Source of the DNA: Bigelowiella natans CCMP2755
Lineage: Eukaryota > Protista > Cercozoa
Length of the DNA: 64,000 nt
Assembly: GCA_000320545.1 (NCBI GenBank)
Contig: ADNK01000697.1
Location: forward strand, 62,001 to 126,000
Direction: 5' to 3'
Shown: piece after piece, positions 41,686 through 56,011 of the stretch
Layout of the letters: the number at the start of each line of letters is the position of its first letter
Numbering within the stretch: the stretch's first letter is position 1
Notes under the pieces: model-generated
What the model saw: the letters and a program-made list of their open reading frames with translations, nothing else
The model's database searches: none
Told to the model about the DNA's origin: nothing
Position numbers and translations under genes: made by a program

Positions 41686-44600
41686 TTATCCCTTTAAAAA
41701 CCCTTCTCCCTGTCTTAACCTCTCCGCTTTAGTTCTGTTCATTGGTGAACGCATGCTCTTGATAAGACTATTTCGCTTGGCTTCCCGAGCAACACCTGGG
41801 CGCGGCGCGAAAAGAAGTTCAACTTCCATATCCTTAGGAAATTTTTTATTTTTCTTGTCTCTGGACGCTTTATCGATAACACTCTTTTTAAGAACCAGGC
41901 TCCAGCTCTCCACAAATTGTGTATTAAACCAGAAATGATACATTTTTTCATTTCTATTTTTGAAGAAAATAACCTAAGCGATGCATTCATTGTATTCATC
42001 GTATTAGTAGTTGATAAGACCAGCAGTGGCGAAAACAAATTCAATTAATAAACGTTACATTTAAGACTAGATATCTACCTTAGTATCCTTGTACAGGGGA
42101 ATCGGTGCGCGTTCTAAAGAAAACTCAATCCATTTTGTGGAAACAGACTTGTGATTATGGCGATCTACAAGTAGTTTTTCTGATTTGTATGTCTTCGACT
42201 GATTTTTAATGGTAAAATGGATATCCTCGCTTGACTTTGCGACATGTTTTATTGCAATTGAATATAGGAGAAGAGTTCTATCTGGAAGTTGTTTCCCAAT
42301 CCGGCGGAGCTTGACATATTCCTCAAAGTAGCCTACATACCTACGTTGGCTCTGAATTGTTACGCCCTGTCCATCCTTTGTCCTTTTCCCAGCGAAGTAT
42401 TTTAACGCCTCATCAGCAGTCTGCACAACTCCAGAATATATAAGATAGGCGCTGATTGCAAGCCCTGTTCTTCCTTTTCCAGCTTTGCAATGGATAGCTG
42501 CAACATTCTTAGGATCTTTTTTAAGGTATGCCTTAACATCACGACACATCGATACCAATACATCGAACGGGCAAGGATTATGATCATCAAAGGGAAAACG
42601 CTTGACAATTGGAAATCGATCCGGATCATAAGCCCGTTCAGAACATAGGTTATATACTGCAAAACTATCCGCATGCTTCAGTTTGAAAAACTTTTGGACT
42701 TCTACCATTGGATTGCGGAAGGCAGCCTCAACCCCCTCAGAAGGGAATCCCATTGCGATTAACTGGTCAGTGATATAAGACAGGTCCAAGTCGAACCCTC
42801 CTTCAACATATCGACATTTTTTTTTCGAGACTAAAGTCCGAATATAGGTTAGTCCTCCACCGCTTCCGTGCTTTCCAACAGAGCCTTGCCTCACTTCATC
42901 ACTTGGGGGTGGGTCTTTGACAAGCTTCAATGTTACTGTCAGCTCACAGTCAACCACTTCTGATTGGTCTTCATTCCAAAGTTGCAGTATCACAGCAGAC
43001 TGTTTCAATTTCTCCACACGAACCATTGGTAGTTGAATTGTTCCTAATACATCATCTGGGGTACCGTGGTCTTTCATAGCAACAACGTTGAGATACATGC
43101 AATCCTTTGTGACTGGGAAGATCATTCTTTCCCTCCAATTAGGCTTTAATGAGTGCAGCTGGAAAAATGATCATTTTAATTCTTATTATCTGATTAGTAT
43201 TTAGAGTTTCATTAACCTTCTGTGTTGTTTTCTCTATCTCCCCCAAAGATAGAGCAAGAAATACATTTGGGACCTGACACGTTTATTGACAATATTTTTA
43301 AGGATTCGAGGAGAGTAGATATTGTTCTTTTACCTCGTCCTCTTCAAAAACCTCTGTAAAGTCTCCGGATAAAATGTTAACTGCATTTTAAAGGACGTGG
43401 TAATCTTTTCATTAGCTCAAATAGGATAAAAAACAAGCATATAGATTTTAGGTTCTGCATGTTGTGTCACCTTGGAGAGATTTGAATCCTTTTTTATTTT
43501 TCCACTCTTCACGCGAACCTCTGTGCTGCCGATCCAAGGTATTCGTGTAAAGCTAGGATAAATGAATTTATTGATGAAAGCAAGTTATTATGATTTGCGT
43601 TACAATCCAATTACTCGTATACCGTCGCATTAGAGAGATTTGCCTGAGATTCAACTTCCTGGATCTCCCTCATAACTATCTCGTCTATCATCAGATTTTC
43701 TCGTTTCTCATCGCTTTCCCTGATAAACAAAAGCATAATAAACGGTCTTGTACCAACATAAGATAACTACATGCCTAGCTTCATTCCAAAGTGAGCCATG
43801 ACGTTTTCTGGTGGTGACTTGGTTTTGAACTTTGAAGTCATTGGCCTGTGATGTGACAACGACAAGGAGATATGACAAAGGAACACTTTTTCACAAGCTT
43901 TCCTTGTGCACTCAACAGTCCCTCGCATTATGTTCTATATCTTATCTTCCTCTCAAATTTATTGAAGAATTAAACAAGGTGTGTACATTACCGCATCCAA
44001 TCTCTTTCGAATCCACTTTCGTGCCTCTGAGGAAAATTCGTACTTCTCGAGAGCGGCCCTGAGAGAGCATTTGTCACTTATACATCTTTACATCAAAAGC
44101 GCTCAATGACTCGTAAATAATTAACCTGCTGGTTATCATCATGTATAACCTAGAGCAAGAAGGTATAATTAATTTTGGTTCTTCGTGGTTTCAGTTTGAT
44201 GCAGCTCACCAGTCCATTCCTTTTGACTTTTTGGACTTAATTTTCCTGCTCACCGAGTTGTATCTTCCTCTCATGTGCTTAGTATCTCCCCCAGAAGTGC
44301 CTCCCGTAGAAACGGAGCGTATTTTTTTCTGAAGGATGTAAAAAGCAAACTCACTTCCATTTTGATGCCAAAGCTTAAAAGCTTAAAAATTTAATATCTT
44401 GCATCTTGCAAAGGCTGTATACGGATTACCCAAGAATAAAAATATAAACGGTATAACAGTAATACATATATCTCACTCCAGTGTATCCACTAACCGGTTT
44501 TAGAACTCTATTTTGAGCCTGAGATGGCGACTCATCAGAATCATGTTTCTGAAGGATTTCCTGTGCTGGTTTCATTCCAGCCTCTTCAAAAATTTCTCCA

Positions 44601-45119
44601 CGAACTGAATGTGGACTCACTCTTGTAGAAAATTCTAGAAGGTGAAAAAGGATTGGGTAAGGAACTGGTTACAATTCTAGAGTCAATAACATTTCGCAAA
44701 CACACACGAACGCAAATTTACCCACACAAACGCACATAATGACACACACACACACACACACACAGACACAGACACACACACAGACAGACAGACACACACA
44801 TACACACTGAACCATATACATGCACAAAATACACACAACACACAAATAAACCAACTACGTTAGCGCATGTATGTAAAAAAGCGTTTGTTATCAATTCCTC
44901 TCAGCAAAATGTTTAAAATAAAAACGTTTCAATAAATGAGACAATACCAAGCAAATATTTAGGAATAACCACATCTATTGAATGTAGACATTTGGATTGT
45001 ACATTTGTGTAGATGTTGCAAACAAGATTACTTGGAGAAAGGTCTTTGGTTGTCATGACAGCTGATGACCAAGGTTTTTTGCTCACGTTCGAATCCTGCA
45101 CAAGTGCAGGCAATTCCAT
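41686..45119 (-). CDS. PTEN: PTEN-family phosphoinositide 3-phosphatase with an extra N-terminal C2 domain (start tentative)
   Basis: ORF 42067-43125 contains LVSKKKCRYVEGGFDLDLSYIT, IAMGFPS, YNLCSER, FPFDDHNP, HCKAGKGRTG and GVTIQSQRRY. The PTEN-C2 exon has MYHFWFNT and IDKA. Upstream, LKPNWRERMIFPV...DDVLGTIQLP is C2-like. Confidence 0.9.
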
Positions 45120-45614
45120 CCTTGCGTCTTACACCCCCAAAATATGCCCTTTATGTTGAAGACACTTGTGACGCAGGAAATTATATTCCTGGTTTTTGAT
45201 AGTACACTTTTCCCTCAGGCGTTTTTCAAGATATCTGTCCCTAGAGGATCTCCTGGCTAAAATCGCAACGATGTTGTGAGGAATGCAGACCATTCATCGG
45301 AATTTAGCTTCGTTGGTGCTGAGTCGGAAGGTAGACACGCGTACTCATCAAAACTGAGAATAATTTGACGAGTGTCATCCAACTACAAATATGACAAGCG
45401 ACTGAGTTTGTTCAAAATGTAGAATTTTCAGTGGTGCACATGTAAATTTAACCTTCATTTTCTTTAATTTCTGTTAACTTTTCAACTCCATTTGTGATGA
45501 AGGAAGAACCAGAATGCCATCTTTACTCAGAAAAGCAAGAAAAGGTTGTCGCAGATGATATTTCTCAGTTGTGTTAAAATAATTCTCCATCTCTCTGCTG
45601 CGTTCCGTTCTCGA

Positions 45615-48600
45615 ATGATGGACGGTCCCAGCTTCCTCTCCACCTCTGCTTCAGGAGGAGCTGTAGAGGAACATCACGACACTAATGACCGGATCATTCT
45701 ATTTCTTTGCGGTAATTATGGTTACATAGTGAATTCGTAAAATTATTCATGTCTCTTATTGTCTCTTATGAATTCAGTGGCTCTCTTGCTTGGAGCCTTC
45801 ATCAGGTAGATCATTCCATGATGATAGAAAATCACAATGACTAATACTGATACTCAATACGTTCCAACATGTTAGTTCGATCAAACATCGGGTAAAAGTG
45901 TTTCGGTTAATACCATATACAGTCCAGATGCTCTTCATTGGCATCATCACTGGGTCGATTCTATTGAAAGAAAATCCACTGGGATACTTTGGCAAAGTCG
46001 CCCAAAATGTCAACAATATCAATCCGGAACTATTTCTCCTCATTTTCCTGCCAGCACTTTTGTTCGAAAGCTCTTTTGCTGTGAATTTCCACATTATCAA
46101 GAGGGAGGCCTTTCAAGCAATCACACTTGCAGGACCGGGAGTAGTTATTTCAATGATTCTCACTGCCCTATTTGCAAGATATGTGTTCCAATATGATTGG
46201 GACTGGCCAACCTCCCTAATGTTTGGATCGATCCTGAGTGCAACAGATCCTGTTGCCGTAGTCGCACTTCTTAAGGCAGTAGGTAATGTCTTGCAATCGA
46301 ATTGCCATTCTTTTTACTAATCAGCCAATAAAAATAATTTAATTAGGAGCCTCTAAACGTCTTGGAACTCTTATTGAAGCAGAAAGCTTGTTCAACGATG
46401 GATCTGCATTCGTTTTCTTTCTAATCTGGAGAGACTTTATGATTGGAGAGGAGAGGTGAAAGCTGTCTTTCGTCACCAATTCTACAATGACAACAGTTTT
46501 CCCTTAGAACCCCTGGAGAGGTCACCGTCTTTTTGCTACAATTATCCCTTGGAGGGGTAGCTCTTGGCCTTCTAGTCGGTATGGCATCTAATAAAGTTGT
46601 TCTATAATATGCTGATTTTTACATCTATAGGATGCATTGCTGTGGTTTGGTTGGCATACACTTTCAATGAGCCTGAAGCTGAGACTGCAGTGACCCTTGC
46701 TTTAGCCTACTTTACATTTTGGCTTGCTGAATCGGGGGATATTGATTTCCATGTAAAAATTACTTAATGTGATGATTATTTATATAGCACATTAACATTC
46801 TGTATTCCAGGTATCGGGAGTCTTAGCTACAGTGGTCCTTGGTCTGACAGTATCCAAGTACAAGAGTTATATCAGTGTTGGTAATGCGAATAGAACCCTT
46901 AAATTGTAATCATTAATATATTCTCTCTTATATATTCTCTCTTATAGGGAGTTCCGAAACTCTTCACACTTTCTGGGAAGTCCTTTCTTACATTGTGAAT
47001 ACTCTTATTTTCTTTATATCTGGTCTACTTGTTGCTCTTCGTTTGTTTGTCGGGTCGGATCATCTAACTGGCAGGGTAATTATAATCACAATTCCTTGTA
47101 GATCAGCCCTTTGAATAAAGTATTTGGCAGGATTTTGCTTTCCTGGGTCTGCTTTACGTGGGTCTTCACATCATCAGAGGCTTTACAATATTGGCCTTGT
47201 CCCCGATCTTATCGAGAATGGTCAGCACATGATTAAACTTCAAATAATCTAGAGGTGTTGTTTTTAACTAATAATAGTATGCGGATAAAAGGGTTATGGA
47301 TTTGACTTCAACACGGGAGCTGTTTTACTTTATGGTGGACTCAGAGGCGCTGTCTCTCTTGCACTTGCTTTGATCGTTGGATTGGAAGAGGAGATAGAAG
47401 AGGAAGTTCGCGATAGAATATTGTTTCATGTGGCAGGAATCGTTCTATTGACAATAAGCATCAATGGTACCACTACGGGTCAATTGCTAAAATTTTTAGG
47501 GCTAACAGATTCAAAGGGCCCCGAGCGGCGAGCCTTCAGAACTGCCCTTAAAAAGATTAGTACAAAATCAAATGCAAAGACGATCCAGTTAAGAAAGACA
47601 AAGGAATATGTGGATACAGATTGGGGAACTGTTGCCGAGTTGCTCCCAAAATATGAAAATCGAGTAAGATCGCTGGTCGTTGCTAAAAAAAAATATCAAG
47701 ACTTTGATCTAGACGACGAAGAATTGCTGCGCTTTGGCGAAGCCTTTGATTATGCAGATATGAAAACATCTGAGAAGAAGGCTCTAATCCCTGATGATGG
47801 TAGATATTTACAAGACTGAACCTTTGTCGATTTTACTAACAATTGTTATCCACATTATAGCTCTTCAAGATGAAATTTATCATCGTTTACTCACGGCAAT
47901 AAAAGCAGATTTTTGGATGGTATTACCTTTTACTGTATACGAAATCTTTCAGTTTTAAATGTTACTTTCAATTAGTACTACGAAGAAGGCAGAACTACCC
48001 CTACAACAATTGCAATATTGGATGAAGCTGCCGAAACGGCGAGGGATCTGCGTTCTTTACAGGAACTCTGGCGTATCTTGAAAGAGTAAGCTACCAAATA
48101 TGTCGCACCCATTGATGACTAATTTATGAAATATTAGGCATTCTAATGTACCCCATCATATTAAATGGATGGAAAATTGCTGGCAATGGCTGGCAACTCA
48201 ACTTTTGTTAAAGAACCTTTCACTTGCCATTGAACTTAACCTAGCTTTTCAACACGCATTGACTACTGCAGACCATCATCTCGAGAAATTCTTTTCCGAT
48301 TTTTCGAACAACGACACTTACGAGAAGATTAAAGGCGAAATTGCGGAGCTTTTAGCACAGGCTGAGGAGGACTATGCTGATGCACAAGCATCCTTTCCAT
48401 TAATGCTAAGAGTAATGCAAACAGAGAAAGCTGCAAGGCTAATTCTAAAGGAGGAGGAGAAGGAGATTAACCATCTGTATCATGAAGGAATACTACAAGA
48501 CCGAGAATATGAAATAATGAAGAAATTGGTGCAAAAGTCTGAATTCTGTATTGTAACCAATCCCCTTCGAACACACGCATTGAAAGAAACTGATGTTGTA

Positions 48601-49895
48601 AGTGAAATGTGTTTTTGGCACCATCTTGATTGCAAGACACAACGAAAAGTGCACAATGCGCGTAAGAGATTATACAACAAAGGAGAATTGGTGCGGGATA
48701 AGAGCTCCTTAACTCGAGGACTAGACATTGTAATCAAGGGACTACTGTCTGTACACGATGAAGAAAATCCAAAGCATGTGATAAAGACTCTTAGTATCTC
48801 CGATACATTGGGGTTTTGGAGCATGTGCACAGGGGAAGCGCATCTAGGCTCTGCATATGCACGTTCGCAGCCTCTAATAGTATCTCATTTACCTGGTGAA
48901 GTTTGCAAAGAGATCATGAAAACTAGCGTTCGCAAATGTATGTGGAAACTTGCTGGCTCTGAAGTCCTGATGTATTATCACCACGAACAGATTAAGGGCT
49001 ACTCCAGATTCAATTTGGACCGCCTCTGTCTCAAAGGACATCTTAGAGAGTGTAAAGAACCCACCCGTGTTTCTATTAAATGGCCAACAGTCATCCTACA
49101 AGGATCTGCCACGCATGTAAATACAGGGGTAGTATGCAAACCAAAATATCTTATAGATCCCTCTTCTCCGCCGACAGCGGCTCATGTGAAAAAGCAGCAT
49201 ACAAGGATGCCAAGGGCAGAAACGACGCCTGTTGCGATGCACACGCTCCATTCTCAGGCACCAGAGCTAGGCAGTAATGGAAAGTCCGGACATAATTCTG
49301 CAAGGCATTCAGTGCATAGCAATAATAGCGTTAATGATAGATTTATTGAAAGTGATAAACTTGATTTGGCTCAAGATGCTAAATCTCTCGGAGACCCTCA
49401 TAGTCAATCCACAGAAAATACATACATACTCAGTGCAGGATGCAAGGCTCTTGAAATTAGTGGACTAAATTTATCTCACGATATATTCAAAAAAACATTC
49501 ATGGTCACACGACCATTGTTACACGCAGAGCTGAAGATGAGGTATTCCGCTATAGATAAAAATGTGGGAAATAACTTCACGAGTGATAAAATTGTTAGAA
49601 CAACCATTAATAATGTTGCGAATACATTATCAGGCGATGCATCTCGGACGAACATGGGGACAAAAGGCAACTAATGCAGATGTCGGGAAAACCACATTGT
49701 GGTTCATGCATTGAGCTTACGAGACATGACGTCGAGGTGGGAAAAAGCCACAGGCTAAGTGAAAATGCTAAAAGCGCAACAGAATTGAAGACTTTAAATC
49801 CTTCGGGACGGACAAGTAATCCATCTTCTGAATCATCCCGCAACGAACGTCAGACTAATCGTAGAAGCACTTTAGGCGGCATCGTAGACCTTTAA
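45615..49895 (+). CDS. SOS1: SOS1/NHX7-like (CPA1) Na+/H+ antiporter with a long cytosolic tail and a cyclic-nucleotide-binding-like domain
   Basis: NINPELFLLIFLPALLFESSF, LAGPGV, FGSILSATDPVAVVALLK, LIEAESLFNDGSA, VSGVLATV, GGLRGAVSLALAL and TISINGTT. CNBD-like segment LYNKGELV...GLDIVIKGLLSV...SDTLGFW. Ends at 49674, or at 49895 if a last intron exists. Confidence 0.88.
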
Positions 49896-50129
49896 GTGGC
49901 AGTACCATAGAGAATGATGCAATTCTCATTGCCATTTATAATGCATTACTATTACGAATCTTTTATGTAAAATGCGGCACTCTCCTGTCATAGCTTTTTA
50001 TATTTTTAAAAAGGTTTGCATAGGTGTCACATTTGTTCATGTTGTTTTATTGCGTTGCATCCATTCCACACTTCATCGAAATTACCACATGGAACTCAGG
50101 TTACCTAATCTAGTAATGTTTAAATTCGC

Positions 50130-50830
50130 TACGTGCATCTCGAGCATGGTATCTGGCCGTTCATTGCATTGGACGTGCTGCTTGCTGTAAGTGTGACACC
50201 AAGCAAATCCCCAGACGCACGCTATGCAAAGGAGCAGTGAATACGGTAGGCGAGCGCGCGGCAGACTGAATGCTGATAGTAGCAAGGTAGCATGTGAGAA
50301 AAAAACGCACTAGAACTTGTAAGCTAGCAAGAGAACATTGTCAGTCGTGTCGCATTTCTAGATTGAAAAATTTTCAGCATGCTAGAATGAAAGCTAGCAA
50401 GGAAAATTCTGCAATGCTAGAATGTTTTGTTTCCTATCTTTGGCAGCGCTAACTAGCTAGAGGTCTAGCTAACTAGGCTTTCATGCGAACTGTTCATGCT
50501 AGCTTCTAGGCATGCTAGCTGTCAAGCTGTGGTCTGGGTAGTCTAGTACTAGAGTAGTGTCATCTAGACAAAGATTTTGATTTACCAGGAGATGAATGAC
50601 TCACTCTAGCACGCTAGCTAGCTAGCACGCGAATGCAGCGTAGCGTCCTGCTTGCAAGATCGTACTGCACATCAAGCTAGCTAGCTAGCTAGACTCTTGG
50701 TATGCACGCTAGAACGTGCGATACTAGGACAGCCTAATGAGCATCGTGGTCTACGAGTCATGCTGCATGTCATGAGCTGGATACATGCATGGCTAGATGG
50801 GCTTAATCTAGTTAATGTCTAGTCGCAATT
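50130..50830. other. Extremely CTAG-rich intergenic tract (convergent gap)
   Basis: About 29 CTAG in 50310-50825 by hand count, against roughly 2 expected at uniform base composition. Confidence 0.85.
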
Positions 50831-51022
50831 TCTTTTTACTGCTTTTAAATTTTGCTTTATTATTAAGCTAGTAAGTCACTCAAATTAACGAAGAAACATG
50901 TAAGATGTGATTTCTTAACCTTGTATGAGAAGACTCACAAATGCACCAGACAGTTTAATTTGCGTACAAAATAGATCTATAGTCTTTCTATTTTCTGAAG
51001 ACAGTGTAACAAGCTAGGTCTA

Positions 51023-51673
51023 CTACACGTCAAACTCATAGCTTTCCCAGGTTGTGCTGTGGTATCTGCATGGGAATAAAATTAGAGATTGTTAATCCAA
51101 TATTTTAAGTTCAGAAATATTGCACAACCTAGGGTCGTCGCTGTCGAGGAGAGCAGAGTCGGTAAAGGAGTCGTTCATATACTACAAAACGGGGGATGGA
51201 TCGAGTAAGTACTGGCTAGATGTTATATTCTCTGCTCTTACATCAATTTGAGTTCCTAATGGCGTTATGAGCGAGATCATAACGTATGTAAACGTCTTCT
51301 CCATGATCACGGCAAAAATTAAACACATAAGTCACCTGATCAGCCCAATCAGGAAACACCGTAACCTCATTTGGAAGATCTCGCTTTCGCTCTTTGCACC
51401 ACCTTTTCCCATTCGAACAACAACAGCAACAACACCACAAAGGTATTTTTTTGATGATTGAATGAGTGCAGGAAAAGATACTGATCGGGTAGTTAGCATC
51501 ACATACCGTACTAAATCTCGCTTCCACTTGCGCTCCCAGGCTTTCGCAGCAGCCTCCTACATTTTAAACGGATGAGGAGACAACAAGAGGAAAACAATAG
51601 AGGTGGCACCAAGAAACTTGCTTCAAAATAAGGCATCCTTTGAGGAGCATTCAGTGCGTGTGGTGGTGGTGGT

Positions 51674-51719
<46 letters not shown>

Positions 51720-51798
51720 TGTGCGTTATGTAACTCAGATCAATACAACGCATCATCTGTGCTTGAATTAAAAGAGTTGTATGCAAATCTCATGTTAC

Positions 51799-51830
<32 letters not shown>

Positions 51831-54621
51831 ATATTGTTTAAATAAATAAGATTTACATTTTATATAATCTGTTTATTGTAACAACGATGCTTCGCACCTT
51901 CGACTTTTTGCCGCCAAATGATGGCTTTGAAGAGCTAGCTATGAGGTCATCCGAGTCAGGATCCTTTTGTGGTAATATTACCTTTGCCAGCAGCAGAAAC
52001 AACAAATGTGGAGAGAAATATTATAATACATCGTTCGCGTAAGGGGACTTGTTTCATATCAAGAGCATAGTGCTATATCTTCTTCTTATTATTATTATTA
52101 AGTGATATGGTGAAAAGGATGATGTCTTAGCTTAGTTGCAAACATTTTAGTGTATATTCGTTTAGTTTAATTATCTAAGCCCCTCCCCCCTACCTTTCTT
52201 TTATGTGCATCTTCCAAACTCACAAACGGCAGCATTCGTAGTATTTCGGTTTCGTTGGCTCCTGTCTCTGAGAACGGTATCGTTGCACAATCAAATCATG
52301 ATGATGATGATGATAATGATGATGATGCAGTGGGCAAGAACGCCCACATCTTATTCGTGGCTATTTTATATTGCTGATTAAGAGGCGCTTCACCGTTTTG
52401 GAGCTTTATTCGTGCCTGCTCAGTGATATTTACTTCAAGCGTGGTTGTGTTTGTTGGTATATTGGTAGCTTCCCTCATTGTGTTATTTGGCGTTGCGCCA
52501 TTCAGGATCTGCTGCTGCTGCTGCTGCTGCTGCTGTAATACTTGCCCCGCCCCGTGTGTCGTCTAATTTGAAAGAAAAGGAGAGTCAGCACAGGACACAA
52601 CCATCATCCCATTTAAGAATATTCAGGAATAGCGAATCACCTTATGCTCTAAAACAATGCGAAATTCAAAATCAATACATTCCTACTCAAACGAACGTAT
52701 TTATTGATACGGCTTCAATGAATTTTGATCCAATATCACCATCTCGCATTCACGACTCCCACGCAACGAATGTAGGCGCGCACACATCAATGTCTGATAC
52801 AGCACTTAGAGTGTGACCATGGCAAACCTGTGGTGGCCGTTTATGAGGTTGAGGCTGCTGTGCCTTTTTCTTCTGAGTCATCATCTTGATTTGGAGAATA
52901 TTAATATCAGATAAGACGCCATTGCGTGTTTGCAAAACGACAAAGCGAGGTTAATAAGCAAACAGGAACACATTAGGCAAAACCATTGGTCGCCATCATC
53001 ATCATCATCATCATCATCAACTAAAGTGCAGAAGTATCATCATGCTTGTTGCTGAACAGATAAAAGAAATACATAGTGCACACGTAAGTTATAGTGCACG
53101 CTACCGCTCTTCGTTGTCCTTCAGTCTTAAAAAAATTCCTGATTGCAATAACAATCGATATATGCTCGCAGACGAGAATGAAGCAGATGGAAAGAAAATG
53201 GAGAAAGAAGAAAAAGTGCGATAATTGTCATATATTTGCATGTGTCCGGTGCTACTTTAGCCTTTCCCTCAACGCGTCTTTATTCTTGCCACTTGCACTG
53301 AGCCCTCTATATTATTAGAAAAAGCGCAGATGTACAAGAGGAGGAGGCGGGGGAGGACGAGGAAAGGACACAGCAGGGTCTTATTATTCGATAATAAGGG
53401 TTTTTGTTCACAGATTCATCTAACGCTGGTAGTAGTTATTTTCGCTTAGCATCAACGTAGCTATCCAGTGATTCTGAGGCCGTCAATCGGTATCTCGCTA
53501 TATTTACCATTATGATATATCTAATATTGTGTCAAAGAGATTCGGCATCATCGTCACCTTTCGACGAGCTCCTCCTTCAGCTCGTCTACTTTCATGTCAT
53601 CAATCTGGTGGGGGCATGCATATAAGAATGGCATAGCTGGTAATAAGCTACGATTTTCGGTTTGATCTAGCTGTAAATTAAGTGTTCTTATCCTCTGACC
53701 ATATCTGATGACATAGAGGGTTCGTATTCTTCGTCCTCTTCTTCTCCAGACTGCTGCATCCGGCTCTCTGTTGTTGTTGTTGTTGTTGTTCTCATTGTTA
53801 TTGTGCGTTGCTTGGATGCTCTCATGCTCTCATCTCATGAAGAAAACAACAGAGTTGAGAAGTGGAGTGTCCTTTGTTGTCAGACATATGTTGTTCGCTG
53901 TTCTAGCAGCCCATCGTCATTGCTATCTTTGATTTCTACTGCTCTGAACCTACCGTGGAGGGTATTCCTAGAGTGTGGAGTGTTTCTCGGCCCAGCTTGC
54001 TCCCCTTCGTCGTCATCATCCACGATGAAGCTCCGCAAACTAAGTGATTAAGCCTGATTCTAAACTCATCGGTAGATGTTGTTCATGGGCGACAACCTTC
54101 CAGAAGATTCATTGTCTACGGATCTGGTGTCTTCATCTCTGAGGTCGAAGAGAAGCTATGAATCAATATTTTGCAAATTCACCAACATTTTGCTTTACGT
54201 AATACCCAAGAATGTCTTTAGGTCCATATCTAGCATCCGAGCCCCGACGACCAAACATATCATCGTCAACGAACAAATTTGAGGGTCTTTTGCGAGCGGA
54301 CCCCGAGCGCTGATTGAAATAGCGATGGAAAATCACACGGCGTAGTCTTTTGCTGCTCGTCAAACAAAGATTAACAATACATGTTTTGTCCGTTTGGATG
54401 TTAATTTTCACATACAGGTTTTCTGCCTCTCCCGACTCGAAGGAGGTTGAAATCTCTCTGGCCCGAGGTTGCGGTGCACGACAGGTAAACAAATAATGCA
54501 AACACTGTCGCCTTCAAAGCGCAGAAGCATTCATGTGGCGTTCTGCTGCCCTTCCTGAAACTTTTACTCATGTGAACGAAGAGGTCTCTTTACCACCAGG
54601 AGGTTTTCCTTGTGCGGACAT
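51023..54621 (-). CDS. Unknown acidic/low-complexity protein; C-terminus loosely CCDC82/DUF4211-like
   Basis: GT-AG exons give MSAQGKPPG, APQPRAREISTSFESGEAENL, SLRSFIVDDDDEGE, WCKERKRDLPNEVTVFPDWADQVTYVFNFCRDHGEDVYIRYDLAH, YMNDSFTDSALLDSDDPR and YHSTTWESYEFDV*. The family call is weak. Confidence 0.45.
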
Positions 54622-54870
54622 CTTGTTTGCTCGCTCGATGCATCGACTCCATTATGAGATTGCTTCCGAACCATCTTAATCTTCGGTCATTCATTTACTG
54701 ATAATCGCTTAAACGACCACGATTTCTTTGCTGCGACAATATGATTTACAAAGGTTTAGATGCAGATGAAAATGGATAAGATTTATGTTCTGCGAGGAGG
54801 TTCGTGAGATGTCGTAGAAGATTAATCGCCTATCTCTTCCCTTTCGTCTCGGAAGAGATAGATTCACACA

Positions 54871-55965
54871 ATGTCGTCCGGACCTGCGTCCAAGCCAACA
54901 GAGGCTACTCCCCTAATTAGTCCCGCTACTGAAGGTGTTGCAGAACCTTCGAAAGGTTGGTGAAAATCATGTAAGTCAAAAATTTGAATTGTACGGGGTA
55001 CGCTCATCATATTTGTCATTACGAACCATAGCAAATAGAAGACAGAATCACGTGCATAGATAGAGGATAACTAGTGCCAGCAACTGCTTCAAATAAATGT
55101 TTGCCACTTACATGTGTACAACAGTGAGTTCAGGAATCTCGTATGGAACATCATCTCTATACTTTCTCGGGATTGTGGTGAGTTGAACGTTGCCTTTGCG
55201 GCACTTTTCATGAACTGATAATTGCTTATTTCGGAGGTCGCTGGGGTGGCCATTGCGAAGCAAAACATGGTGGAGATTCACTCGATTACGGGGCCGGCTG
55301 CACTGACTAAGCCATACAACTCCTTCGAAGAATTCTATCCACATTACTTTAAAGAGCACCAGGTATGGGGTTGTTGAATGTCAGAGAAAAAGAGGATGCG
55401 AAACTTTCGTGAGGCCTGTCGTCTATTGACTGCTGACGTGCTATTATTATGTTCAGAACCCTACCTGCCGACTGCTTCATATTATAGGTATCACAATATC
55501 ACAAAGGGGGTAGTATAAGACGTCTCTAACACTCCATATATATGATGTTGAAGGAACAAGCTTTGTCACAGTACTTGCTCTGGCTTCCGAGCCAGCCTTC
55601 CTACCATCCCTTTCCTTCGCAATGTTGATTGGGTACGTCTTTCTCTTCATCCACAGTACTTTGGAATGGGAGAAAAGGGGGGATACATTTTATTCAAGTT
55701 GTTTGATAGATTCGTCCCTCCTAACTGTGACTATTATTGCTCGAAAAACTCAGATATATCATGTCCCAGCTTCTCATCGGAATAGAACACGGGTGGGTTT
55801 GCCGCTCGAAAGAGAATGTGAATCAATTGTCATCGATCTTTTCGAGATTTGTCTATACCTTAGATTCTTTGAGTTCGGGGTTCTTCAGGCAACACTGTTT
55901 TTCTCGAGTGGGGTAATCAAGTTTATAAATGGAGCGACTATCCTTGCTACGTTGTATGATAAATT

Positions 55966-56011
<46 letters not shown>

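Noticed and set aside
49672-49895. TAATG stop-start overlap after the SOS1 ORF, suggesting termination-reinitiation
   Set aside because: ctaatgcag also forms a 3' splice site, and in-phase GT donors lie upstream (49594, 49615), giving an ordinary-sized intron. Splicing or a UTR is the simpler explanation.
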